From a virus (taxonomy: Duplodnaviria > Caudoviricetes), in the IMG/VR virus record IMGVR_UViG_3300042905_000668, positions 1-62,867 of that record: a stretch of DNA of 62,867 nt. One strand, given 5' to 3'. Under the pieces are notes generated by a model, which made no database searches, was not told the DNA's origin, and saw only the letters and a program-made list of their open reading frames with translations. Position numbers and translations under genes: made by a program. Positions 16,478 through 25,286 of the stretch are shown here, piece by piece (position 1 is the first letter of the stretch; each line of letters starts with the position of its first letter).

Positions 16478-17368
16478 ATGAGTAATTTTGCAATCGACTT
16501 GGGCAACTTCAGTGTGTCCAAACTTTCAAGCTCTGCGCTTATCGTCAACCTGTCCTTGTCTGTATGGACTGGCCGCAAACTGGACAAGCGTGTGTCCGAA
16601 GAGGTGGATCAACAGAACAGCACGAAGACCCGTGCCGGTAACTACCACAAGAATCTTTTGGCAGGGTCAAGCAAGCTGACCGAGATCACCAAGATCGCCA
16701 ATGCCATACGTGGTTGGATGTATGGTGTGACGCAACCATGGGGTGACAACGGTGACCGCATCTTGAACATGGCCTACTTCATGGAGTTCAAGGATCGACT
16801 GACTGACTACGAGTCTCAGTTCTCAACTGCTGTCAACAACTTTCTCAGTGACTACGACACACTGGTTGCGGCGGCGGCTTTCCAACTCGGTGACCTGTTC
16901 AACCGTGAGGACTACCCCACACGTGAGACCATCGAGGCCAAGTTCGGGTTCCGGTACAGCATGATCCCACTGCCACAAGCGGGTGACTTTCGTGTAGACA
17001 TCGGTGAGGATGGACTCAAGCAACTGCAATCACAGTACGAGGCTGTCTTACAGCAACGTGTTACTGGTGCTATGACCGAGGCATGGGAGCGTCTGCATGA
17101 CTGCCTGTCACGTATGTCAGAACGTCTTGAGGATAGCGATGATGGCAAGCGTAAGATTTTCCGTGACTCTCTTGTCGAGAACGCCATCGAGATTTGTGGC
17201 CTGTTGAAATCATTCAACATCACCAACGACACACGTATGGATGAGATGCGTAAGCAACTCGAAGATGCTATGCGTGGCGTAGATGCCGAGGCACTGCGTG
17301 ACAGCGACTCACTGCGTGAGCAGACCAAGCGCAAGGTCGATTCAATCTTGTCGAAGTTCGACATCTAA
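16478..17368 (+). CDS. DUF3150-like protein
   Basis: LSVWTGRKLD, TQPWGDNGDRIL, FNREDYP motifs; usual neighbour of phage AAA/VWA pairs. Confidence 0.65.
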   Translation: MSNFAIDLGNFSVSKLSSSALIVNLSLSVWTGRKLDKRVSEEVDQQNSTKTRAGNYHKNLLAGSSKLTEITKIANAIRGWMYGVTQPWGDNGDRILNMAYFMEFKDRLTDYESQFSTAVNNFLSDYDTLVAAAAFQLGDLFNREDYPTRETIEAKFGFRYSMIPLPQAGDFRVDIGEDGLKQLQSQYEAVLQQRVTGAMTEAWERLHDCLSRMSERLEDSDDGKRKIFRDSLVENAIEICGLLKSFNITNDTRMDEMRKQLEDAMRGVDAEALRDSDSLREQTKRKVDSILSKFDI

Positions 17369-17383
17369 TTCCCACAGTGGGAA
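17369..17383. promoter_or_regulatory. Palindrome copy 6
   Basis: TTCCCAC-A-GTGGGAA immediately after a stop codon. Confidence 0.8.
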
Positions 17384-17418
17384 AATACAACCAACCCTTA
17401 ACCAACCGAAAGTAAACC

Positions 17419-18495
17419 ATGTACAACTCAATCACTCTCAAACAATGTGCTGACCTTATCGCCGCCGTGGGCGACAAACAAACTGTCCTAGTGCAGGGCG
17501 AGATGGGCATCGGCAAGTCTGCCATCCTCAAGATGCTCAAGTCATATCCTCAATTCAAGGACGCGTTCTTTTGCTACGTGGACATCACTACCAAAGATGT
17601 TGGTGACTTCCTTATTCCCAAGATACGTGACATTGACGGTGTAGAAGTATGTTCATTCATACCCAACGAAGAGTTCGGGTTCCACTTCAAAGGCCGCAAG
17701 GTTGTGATGATGCTTGACGAGATCGGCAAGGCACGTGGTGGTGTGATGAACGCATGCTTGCGTCTGATGAACGAGCGGTCACTGGGTGTGAATGTGCTAG
17801 ACGGTGTTGTGTTTGGTACAACTAACTTGTCTGTCGAGGGACTAGGTGACAACGTGCCGCCACATGCTCTCAATAGGGTGACTCGTGTACGTGTCAAGAA
17901 GTCTGACGCACCGACATGGATCGAGGACTATGCGATTCCCATGGGTATCAACCCTGTCATCATCGGCACTGTTGCTGAGTACCCCGAGATGTTTGCTACG
18001 TTCGAGGACTACGAGAAGCCCGAGCAGAATGTTTACATCAGTGATCCCCGTACTGTGCGTGGTGCTGTTGTGACACACCGTTCTATGGAGCGTGCCGCCT
18101 ATGTGTATGAGCACACTCGTATCTTGGGTGATGCTGTGATGTGTCACGCACTGGCTGGTACCGTGGGTGAAGCGGCTATGCACAACATCTTGACGATGGA
18201 CAAGATGGACTCACAACTTACACCGTGGGATGAGTTGATCAAGTCACCCGAGACTGCGACTGTGCCTACGTCTGCCGCCGCTACATGTATGTTGGTAGCC
18301 AAGGCTGTGCATCGTATTGAGAACAGCAACATCGTTGCATGGATGAAGTTCTTGAACCGCATCCCCAAAGAAGCGCAAGGTTTGTTTGCACGTAGTGTCA
18401 TGTCAGACAAGTGCCCCAAGCGTGACGTTGCCGCACGTAACACCGAGTTTGCTTTATGGGCGGCGGCTAACAACTTCATGTTCGCCAAGAAGTAA
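17419..18495 (+). CDS. AAA+ ATPase (MoxR/dynein-related type)
   Basis: Walker A GEMGIGKS, Walker B MMLDE, sensor TTN, ALNR. Confidence 0.9.
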   Translation: MYNSITLKQCADLIAAVGDKQTVLVQGEMGIGKSAILKMLKSYPQFKDAFFCYVDITTKDVGDFLIPKIRDIDGVEVCSFIPNEEFGFHFKGRKVVMMLDEIGKARGGVMNACLRLMNERSLGVNVLDGVVFGTTNLSVEGLGDNVPPHALNRVTRVRVKKSDAPTWIEDYAIPMGINPVIIGTVAEYPEMFATFEDYEKPEQNVYISDPRTVRGAVVTHRSMERAAYVYEHTRILGDAVMCHALAGTVGEAAMHNILTMDKMDSQLTPWDELIKSPETATVPTSAAATCMLVAKAVHRIENSNIVAWMKFLNRIPKEAQGLFARSVMSDKCPKRDVAARNTEFALWAAANNFMFAKK

Positions 18496-18525
18496 TCAGC
18501 TTCATATCATATTAAGGAGAGAGCT

Positions 18526-19710
18526 ATGTCATTCCTCACACAACTCAACACGTTGACACCAACGCAACGTATCCAACGAGCACACGTAGAGCTTATGGGT
18601 CATCCTGACACGATGGAGTATGCGTCTGTCATCATGGTCGGTAAGTACGAAGTGCGTGACGATGTGCCCACTGCATGCACCAACGGCATCGACTGTAAGT
18701 ACGGTAGCAAGTTCATCAAGGACATGCCTGACTCTGACTTACGTGGCTTGATCATGCACGAGAACCTACACAAGGTATTCCAACACATGTTCTTGTGGCA
18801 ACATCTCTACAAGGAAGATGGACGCACGGCTAACATGGCATGCGACTACGTGATCAACATCATCATTGACGATATCCGTGTACGTACTGGTGGGTTTGTC
18901 ACACTGCCCAAGGGTGGGTTGCTTGACCGCAAGTACGAGGGTATGGATTCGCAGACTGTGTACAACATGTTGCGGGAAGAGGGTGACGGTGGTGGATCTG
19001 GTGGTGGTGAAGGTGACGGCTTTGACGATCACGATTGGGAATCGGGTGAGGCCATGTCACAAGAAGATATCGAGCAGATCGGCAAGGACATCAACCAAGC
19101 TATTCGTCAGGGTCAACTGATGGCGGGTAAGTTGGGTGGCAATCAGTCACGTGCATTGGGTTCGCTCATCGAGCCAAAGGTTGACTGGCGTGAACAGTTA
19201 CGTGAGTTCGTTTCATCTACTGCTGTAGGCAAGGACATCTCTACGTGGCAACGTGTTAACCGTAGGTGGTTGCAACATGATACGTACATGCCCTCTACTA
19301 TCACTGAGAATGTTGGTCGCATCGTGGTTGCCATTGATACATCCGGTTCTATTGGTACTGCTGAGTTGTCCAAGTTCTTGTCTGAGGTGCAAGGTATCTG
19401 CGTCAACACCAAGCCTGAGAAGGTTGATCTGTTGTATTGGGACACCGACGTCGCAGCTCATGAAGTGTACACACAGGAACAACTTGATAAGCTCACATCA
19501 TCTACTAAGCCCGCCGGTGGTGGTGGCACTGACGTGGCATGTGTGTCCAAGTATCTCAAGGACAATCAGATTCGTCCTGAGTGTGTAATTGTCTTGACTG
19601 ACGGTTACATCTACGGTGATTGGGGTACATGGAATGCCCCCGTGCTGTGGACTATCGTAGGTGGTAACAAAGTTGTACCCCCCATGGGCACGACCATCCA
19701 TCTCGACTGA
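18526..19710 (+). CDS. Metallopeptidase-like + VWA domain protein (DUF2201-like)
   Basis: HENLH (HExxH), ANMACDYVIN, MIDAS DTSGS...GGT...LTDG. Confidence 0.9.
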   Translation: MSFLTQLNTLTPTQRIQRAHVELMGHPDTMEYASVIMVGKYEVRDDVPTACTNGIDCKYGSKFIKDMPDSDLRGLIMHENLHKVFQHMFLWQHLYKEDGRTANMACDYVINIIIDDIRVRTGGFVTLPKGGLLDRKYEGMDSQTVYNMLREEGDGGGSGGGEGDGFDDHDWESGEAMSQEDIEQIGKDINQAIRQGQLMAGKLGGNQSRALGSLIEPKVDWREQLREFVSSTAVGKDISTWQRVNRRWLQHDTYMPSTITENVGRIVVAIDTSGSIGTAELSKFLSEVQGICVNTKPEKVDLLYWDTDVAAHEVYTQEQLDKLTSSTKPAGGGGTDVACVSKYLKDNQIRPECVIVLTDGYIYGDWGTWNAPVLWTIVGGNKVVPPMGTTIHLD

Positions 19711-19771
19711 CGTATGGGTCTCTCTATAGAGACCTGTTCCCTCCCCCTCCTAACCTAACTGAAAGTAAATC

Positions 19772-20668
19772 ATGAAAACTACACGCGAAAACTTTGTTGG
19801 TAACATTGACTTTGATCGTTTCCAACGTAACGCAGAGAAGGCACGTGAGCTTGGCCACGAGCACTGGATCGGTGACATACCAGTGCGCAAAGAAATGGTG
19901 GCGTTCTTCAAAGCATTCAAAGACAAACGCTACAACATCGTGCCGTGCATTGACGATAACACCAAAACCATTTGGAAGCGTAGCGATGACGGTGAGTCTA
20001 TTGCCGTACCCGTATACAACACATTGGGTATCACGTTCCCTGATGCGACTGACTTCAGGTCAGGCAAGCTACACATCATGGGTGATGCCGAGGTGCAGTA
20101 CTGTGTAGAGTCAAAGAAGATTGAGAATGAGAAGTATGCTTGCCACAGTGATGGCTACAACATTCGTCAGTCCAAAGATGTTAAAAAGGCACTGAAGGTT
20201 GCGATGACTTATCTCAAGCCGCTTACATACGATGACATCTTGGACAGATGCCGTGACCCACTGCACCGAGGTATCGAGCACTTGCGTTCACCCGCCCGTG
20301 AGAAGTTACACGACAACCTGAGCATTCAACGTGGTGACGTAGCACAAGAAGTTGCTCACATGATTGCATCGGGGTATGTACCAAGTACAAAAGCATTTAA
20401 AGATGCGTTAGACTTGCTAGTCAAAGACGGTGCAGAGCTTAAACGTATGCAGGACTACAAACCCCGTGCATGCTTTGTGTGGGTCAAGCCTAACAGTTTG
20501 TCCTACAAGTTCACCGATGAAATGCAAGTGACAGAGTGCACTAGCATGGATGATGTGCCTGAGTTCGTTCGTAATAAGTTAGCCGTGTTGCAGATCGCAA
20601 AGAACGGGGACGCTATTGCGGATGTTGGCGTCCGTGTGTCAGACATTACTTATTGGGTATTCGCATGA
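19772..20668 (+). CDS. Hypothetical protein
   Basis: 298-aa ORF with AACTGAAAG leader. Confidence 0.85.
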   Translation: MKTTRENFVGNIDFDRFQRNAEKARELGHEHWIGDIPVRKEMVAFFKAFKDKRYNIVPCIDDNTKTIWKRSDDGESIAVPVYNTLGITFPDATDFRSGKLHIMGDAEVQYCVESKKIENEKYACHSDGYNIRQSKDVKKALKVAMTYLKPLTYDDILDRCRDPLHRGIEHLRSPAREKLHDNLSIQRGDVAQEVAHMIASGYVPSTKAFKDALDLLVKDGAELKRMQDYKPRACFVWVKPNSLSYKFTDEMQVTECTSMDDVPEFVRNKLAVLQIAKNGDAIADVGVRVSDITYWVFA

Positions 20669-21030
20669 GTCAAGATGACCTAATGAAACTACGTGTACAG
20701 GCGGCACTTGATGAGGTGCAAGTTAAGTTTGAGGCACAGAAAAATTTACGTGAATGGACATGGATGATGCAAAAGGGAGAGCTAAGTACAAACGATGTTA
20801 TCCGTGTGGAAGTGAATGATAATGGGACAGTTAACTTGTATGACTTCACGTTACCGAGCAAAGGAGGAATGAAACGTTTAGACATGCCACAAGAAGATGT
20901 AGAGCCGTGGATCATGGAGACAATATCCATGCTCCGTATTGCAGAAACAAACGATCTGATACCTGAGTTGGGTTTCAAAGTATCGGACACGTTGTATTAC
21001 ATATTAAACAGAGAAGGAGAGATGAGATGA
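20665..21030 (+). CDS. Hypothetical protein; C-terminus weakly similar to the preceding gene (VPEFV/VEPWI...LGFKVSDTLYY)
   Basis: ATGA overlap; shared G-x-[RK]-VSD-x-x-Y end. Confidence 0.75.
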   Translation: MSQDDLMKLRVQAALDEVQVKFEAQKNLREWTWMMQKGELSTNDVIRVEVNDNGTVNLYDFTLPSKGGMKRLDMPQEDVEPWIMETISMLRIAETNDLIPELGFKVSDTLYYILNREGEMR

Positions 21031-21203
21031 CACCCGAAGAAATTGAAGCACGATATGGTAAAGACTCATTAGATATGATCTATGACGTACTGTTACAAAA
21101 CCCAGTACATGAGTTAGCCGATTGGATTCTGACTTTTTATTCAGATGAAGAAATTGGTAAGTGGATTAACGAATTAAAAGCAGATCAAGAGGAGACAGAA
21201 TGA
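21027..21203 (+). CDS. 58-aa acidic protein (not in ORF track)
   Basis: MTPEEIEARYGKDSLDMIY...; ATGA overlaps at both ends. Confidence 0.75.
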   Translation: MTPEEIEARYGKDSLDMIYDVLLQNPVHELADWILTFYSDEEIGKWINELKADQEETE

Positions 21204-21406
21204 AAGACGTATACAGAACAAGTACAGGGATTGAGATTGGTTGCATGTACAAAAAACCTATGCACCAACTTAACCATGACGAGGAAGAAATTCAACGGGC
21301 ATTGCTAGGGATACGAGGCCCAGATCACATGTCAATGACACTGTACATAATCTTTTTAGTTGCGCTGTTCACAACGCTGGTACTAACCGTTGGGAGTGGA
21401 CGATGA
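21200..21406 (+). CDS. Small protein with C-terminal TM helix
   Basis: YRTSTGIEIGC motif, hydrophobic C-terminus. Confidence 0.75.
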   Translation: MKDVYRTSTGIEIGCMYKKPMHQLNHDEEEIQRALLGIRGPDHMSMTLYIIFLVALFTTLVLTVGSGR

Positions 21407-21609
21407 ATGATCATGAGAGCAACTTATACGATTTGTATGCGGGGTTCGCCATGATGGCGATGCTGAATAAAGCACCCAAGTCAACCAAGCCCGAAGAGAT
21501 TGCAAGCGTTGCACATGAGCAAGCCAGTGCCATGCTCAAAGAGCGTAGCAACTTACGCAAAGTACAAGAGGGCGGTATTGCTGACATCATTAACAAGTGG
21601 GAGGGTTGA
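21403..21609 (+). CDS. Small helical protein, same family as 23251-23469
   Basis: DLYAGFAM...IASVAHEQASAMLKER. Confidence 0.7.
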   Translation: MNDHESNLYDLYAGFAMMAMLNKAPKSTKPEEIASVAHEQASAMLKERSNLRKVQEGGIADIINKWEG

Positions 21610-21612
21610 AGT

Positions 21613-21813
21613 ATGCCAAGACCTAAACCGCCAATGCCACTGATAGGACGCCAAGTGCGTATGTCAGATTTAGATTGGTTGATATTTCAAGACATGGGAG
21701 GTGCTGATTGGTTACGCAAATACTTAAAGGCCAAGGCAAGACTGCCCATGAAACATTACGAAGCACAACTGAAAGGAGAGAAGAATGACACCGGAAAAGA
21801 AAGTCAAAACTAA
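21613..21813 (+). CDS. Small putative DNA-binding protein (ribbon-helix-helix-like)
   Basis: MPRPK...QVRMSD...GGADWLR pattern. Confidence 0.55.
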   Translation: MPRPKPPMPLIGRQVRMSDLDWLIFQDMGGADWLRKYLKAKARLPMKHYEAQLKGEKNDTGKESQN

Positions 21814-22180
21814 AGTGGTTGCCATACTCAAAGAGTTTGGGGCGTACTACTTCTACCCCGTCACCGGAGGTTACGGTGCATCGGGCGTACCCGACATAGT
21901 TGGGTGCTACAAGGGTAAGTTCTTTGCGATTGAATGCAAAGCAGGGAAGGGTAAGACAACTGCGCTTCAAGAGAAGAACATTGCTCAGATCATTGCACAG
22001 GGTGGCGCGGCTATCGTGGTCAATGAGGACAACATTGATGACGTGCGCAACTTACTGGTGTGTATGAATAGCGTTGAGTTTGAAAGGGCGTGGCTTGAAA
22101 CCACAGTGCAAGACACCACAAAAGAACTTATAGAAGCACGTAGATTAACAAACGAAGTAATAGCAAGGAGTAGCAAATGA
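21785..22180 (+). CDS. VRR-NUC domain nuclease (Holliday-junction resolvase-like)
   Basis: PEKKV...GVPDIV...FAIECKA...TALQ. Confidence 0.9.
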   Translation: MTPEKKVKTKVVAILKEFGAYYFYPVTGGYGASGVPDIVGCYKGKFFAIECKAGKGKTTALQEKNIAQIIAQGGAAIVVNEDNIDDVRNLLVCMNSVEFERAWLETTVQDTTKELIEARRLTNEVIARSSK

Positions 22181-22374
22181 ACATAGATGAGAACAGCATA
22201 GATGAGAACAGATTATTGATTGCATTGAAACGTCTCGCTGAGTCTGCGGATGGGTACATAGACGATGGCTCTTGGTGTGATGCGTTAACACAAGACATTG
22301 CAGATGCACATAAATTGATAGACCAAATGCTCGAAGCGAGGAACTTTAAAAAATCAAAAGGAGTAACCAAATGA
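22177..22374 (+). CDS. Hypothetical protein
   Basis: AAGGAG RBS; ATGA overlaps. Confidence 0.7.
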   Translation: MNIDENSIDENRLLIALKRLAESADGYIDDGSWCDALTQDIADAHKLIDQMLEARNFKKSKGVTK

Positions 22375-22955
22375 ACACCGTGATGGAAGAGAAGATCAAG
22401 CAAGCATTTCAAGAGTGGAAACAAACCGAAGTAAAGGAACAGATCGTGGAAACAAATAGCAGAAACAAACAACTGTCCAACACGTTGTTGGATATGATTT
22501 CAAAGAACCCCGGGATAACTGGTAAAGAGTTACGTGCATACATTGCACAGGCAATGCCAACCGTACCCGTAACGTATGTGCCTGCAATCCTCAAAGGTTT
22601 TTATGACAAGAACTTTGTGAATCGCATCGAGGTAGCCCCTGATGGTAACAAGGGCAGGACAACATTTTCCTACACAGCAGTGCCAGTAGCAGTACGTGCG
22701 AACATGCCCAAGCGTGAGAAGGTCAAGGCATATACAAAGAAGAAGGTTAAGGTAGCCAAGGTTAAAGAAGACAAAGGCATCACAGGTTTGGTACCCGCAG
22801 AACGTACAGAGCGCGTGGTGACCCGCCCACTGGCTGTTGGTGCAACAACTTTGCACATCACTATCTCTACATCACTCGGCGCTTACTCTATGCAGTTAGA
22901 CGAGGCCAAGTTTATCTACACACAACTCAATCAAATCTTTGGGGGTGTGCGATGA
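22371..22955 (+). CDS. Putative winged-helix DNA-binding protein
   Basis: MISKNPGITGKEL...followed by a beta-wing-like segment and a Lys-rich region. Confidence 0.55.
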   Translation: MNTVMEEKIKQAFQEWKQTEVKEQIVETNSRNKQLSNTLLDMISKNPGITGKELRAYIAQAMPTVPVTYVPAILKGFYDKNFVNRIEVAPDGNKGRTTFSYTAVPVAVRANMPKREKVKAYTKKKVKVAKVKEDKGITGLVPAERTERVVTRPLAVGATTLHITISTSLGAYSMQLDEAKFIYTQLNQIFGGVR

Positions 22956-23242
22956 GCAAGGTTAAAGGTTTATCGGAGCAATTAAGAGAACGTATGGACG
23001 AGCAACTAACTGATCACACACCCCGTATGTTTGGAGAAGTGTTTGCGGATGGACAATTCCGTGGGCACTACAAGGTAGATGACGTGCCAAGACATGCCAT
23101 GGTGATAGGTGACTATCTAATATGGGTGTTGGATGACCCTGAAGAGATTGGCATGGGGTTCCGTCCCACAGGCGAGATGGGTATCTTTAAGACGGCTGAC
23201 TTTGAGCCGTACTTGAAGGCATTTTTTGGTTTGAACTTTTAA
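22952..23242 (+). CDS. Hypothetical protein
   Basis: ATGA overlap in operon. Confidence 0.75.
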   Translation: MSKVKGLSEQLRERMDEQLTDHTPRMFGEVFADGQFRGHYKVDDVPRHAMVIGDYLIWVLDDPEEIGMGFRPTGEMGIFKTADFEPYLKAFFGLNF

Positions 23243-23250
23243 GGAGAGAG

Positions 23251-23469
23251 ATGATGAACAACAGTATTAAAGACCAAGCGTTTCCCGATGAAAATAACTA
23301 CGGCGTTAGCATACGCGATTACTTTGCGGCCAAGGCTATGCAGTCTTACATAAGTGACAAAGAGTTTGTGGATGCTTGCGTATTTATGGAAAAAGATGTC
23401 AAGGAAGAGATAGCCCGAGTTGCTTATGCACAAGCGGATGCAATGCTCATATACCGAGAAGAACCATGA
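23251..23469 (+). CDS. Small phage protein (AFP...RDYFAAKAMQ...AYAQADAML family)
   Basis: Recognisable widespread phage motif; AAGGAGAGAG RBS. Confidence 0.85.
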   Translation: MMNNSIKDQAFPDENNYGVSIRDYFAAKAMQSYISDKEFVDACVFMEKDVKEEIARVAYAQADAMLIYREEP

Positions 23470-25286
23470 AGCTCATAACACTGGACTTTGAGACGTACTA
23501 CACCACTAAGGACTTGGGATTCAAAACCCAAACGACTGAAGAATATGTACGTGACCCACGGTTTGAGGTGATCGGGGTGGCGGTCAAGGTTAACGATGAG
23601 CCTACACAATGGTGTAGTGATTCGTTGGATGAGATCGACCTTTGGTTACATCAATTCGATTGGGACAACAGCATGGTGGTTGCACACAATGCAATGTTCG
23701 ACATGGCGATATTGAACTGGCACTTTGATATCAGACCAAAAGCTATTGCAGATACCTTGAGCATGGCACGTGCTATCAACGGCATCGAGGTGGGCAACAG
23801 TCTCAAGAAGTTGGCACTGCATTATCAACTAGGCGTGAAGGGTGAGGAAGTGTTACAGGCCGTTAACCTGCGGCGGCGTGACTTCTTAGAGCAACAGCTT
23901 GCAGAGTATGGGGCGTACTGTAGAAATGACGTCGACCTGACCTACGATTTGTTCCTGACCCTGCTACCTATGTTTCAGAAGGTTGAGTTGAAGCTGATCG
24001 ACCTGACGATCCGTATGTTCACAGAGCCACAGCTCCGCCTAGATGAGTCTCTCTTACAACAACATCTTATAGATGTGAAGTTACGCAAGCAGCTCCTGCT
24101 CGATGAATGTGGTGCCAACATCGAAGACCTGATGTCCAACCAAAAGTTTGCCGAAGTCTTGCGTGGGTTAGGCGTTGAGCCGCCCATGAAGATCAGTCTG
24201 ACTACGGGTAAGGAAGCGTTGGCCTTGGCTAAGTCTGACGAGGGGTTCAAGGCGTTGGCCGAGCACCCTGATGAGCGCGTACAGACACTTGTTGCGGCAC
24301 GATTGGGTAACAAGACTACGTTGGAAGAGACACGTACCGAGCGTCTCATCGGGATTGCGGGAAGGGGAAAGATACCTGTTCCCCTCTCTTACTACGCCGC
24401 ACACACCGGACGGTGGGGTGGTTCAGATAAGATCAATTTCCAAAACTTTCCCTCACGTGGTGATAACGCAGGAAAGCTCAAGAAGGCCATCCTTGCACCC
24501 GAGGGTCACGTGATCATTGACTGCGATTCTGCGCAGATCGAGGCGCGGGTACTTGCATGGTTCGCACAGCAAGATGATTTAGTGGAGGCATTTAAAAATG
24601 GCGAGGACGTATACAAGATCATGGCATCGGCTATCTACCGCAAGGAAAGAGAAGAGGTCACCCCGTCTGAAAGATTTGTTGGCAAAACCACCATTCTTGG
24701 AGCGGGTTATGGCATGGGCAGTGCGAAGTTCCAAACGCAACTCAAGACTTTCGGCGTGTCGGTCAGTGCAGAGGAGTCTGCAAGGATTATCTCTACCTAC
24801 CGTGGTACCTATCCTAGTATCCCCACCCTATGGAAGTCCGGTTCCACGGCGATTGATGCTATGAGTAAGAAGCGTACCGCTACGTGGGGTAATGGGTGTA
24901 TCAGCATAAGTGCAGAGGGAATCCTCATGCCCAACGGGTTGTATCAAAGATACCCAAATTTACGAAAAGTACGAGACAAAGACGGAAAAGACCAGTATAT
25001 TTATGATTCACGCAAAGGCGCGGTGAAGCTGTACGGCGGCAAGTTAACAGAGAACATTTGTCAGGGCTTGGCACGTTGCATCATTGGCGAACAGCTAATC
25101 AAGATCAGCAGGAAGTATCGTGTGGTACTCACTGTTCATGATGCCGTAGCGTGTGTGGCACCAAAAGAAGAAGCACAGGAAGCTATGGCGTATGTGATGG
25201 AGTGCATGCGATTTGTACCATCATGGGCACAGGGCATTCCATTGAACTGCGAGGCAGGGATTGGAGAGAGTTATGGAGACTGCTAG
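23466..25286 (+). CDS. polA: Family A DNA polymerase with 3'-5' exonuclease (start re-called at MKLITLDFET)
   Basis: Exo I LDFET, Exo II HNAMFD, Exo III YCRND; motif A DSAQIEAR, motif B KTTILGAGYG, motif C VHDA. Confidence 0.95.
   Translation: MKLITLDFETYYTTKDLGFKTQTTEEYVRDPRFEVIGVAVKVNDEPTQWCSDSLDEIDLWLHQFDWDNSMVVAHNAMFDMAILNWHFDIRPKAIADTLSMARAINGIEVGNSLKKLALHYQLGVKGEEVLQAVNLRRRDFLEQQLAEYGAYCRNDVDLTYDLFLTLLPMFQKVELKLIDLTIRMFTEPQLRLDESLLQQHLIDVKLRKQLLLDECGANIEDLMSNQKFAEVLRGLGVEPPMKISLTTGKEALALAKSDEGFKALAEHPDERVQTLVAARLGNKTTLEETRTERLIGIAGRGKIPVPLSYYAAHTGRWGGSDKINFQNFPSRGDNAGKLKKAILAPEGHVIIDCDSAQIEARVLAWFAQQDDLVEAFKNGEDVYKIMASAIYRKEREEVTPSERFVGKTTILGAGYGMGSAKFQTQLKTFGVSVSAEESARIISTYRGTYPSIPTLWKSGSTAIDAMSKKRTATWGNGCISISAEGILMPNGLYQRYPNLRKVRDKDGKDQYIYDSRKGAVKLYGGKLTENICQGLARCIIGEQLIKISRKYRVVLTVHDAVACVAPKEEAQEAMAYVMECMRFVPSWAQGIPLNCEAGIGESYGDC

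Noticed and set aside
14233-17383. CRISPR or mini-array interpretation of the palindromes and 26-bp repeats
   Set aside because: Spacing is irregular (100-900 bp), genes lie between copies, and there is no cas operon.
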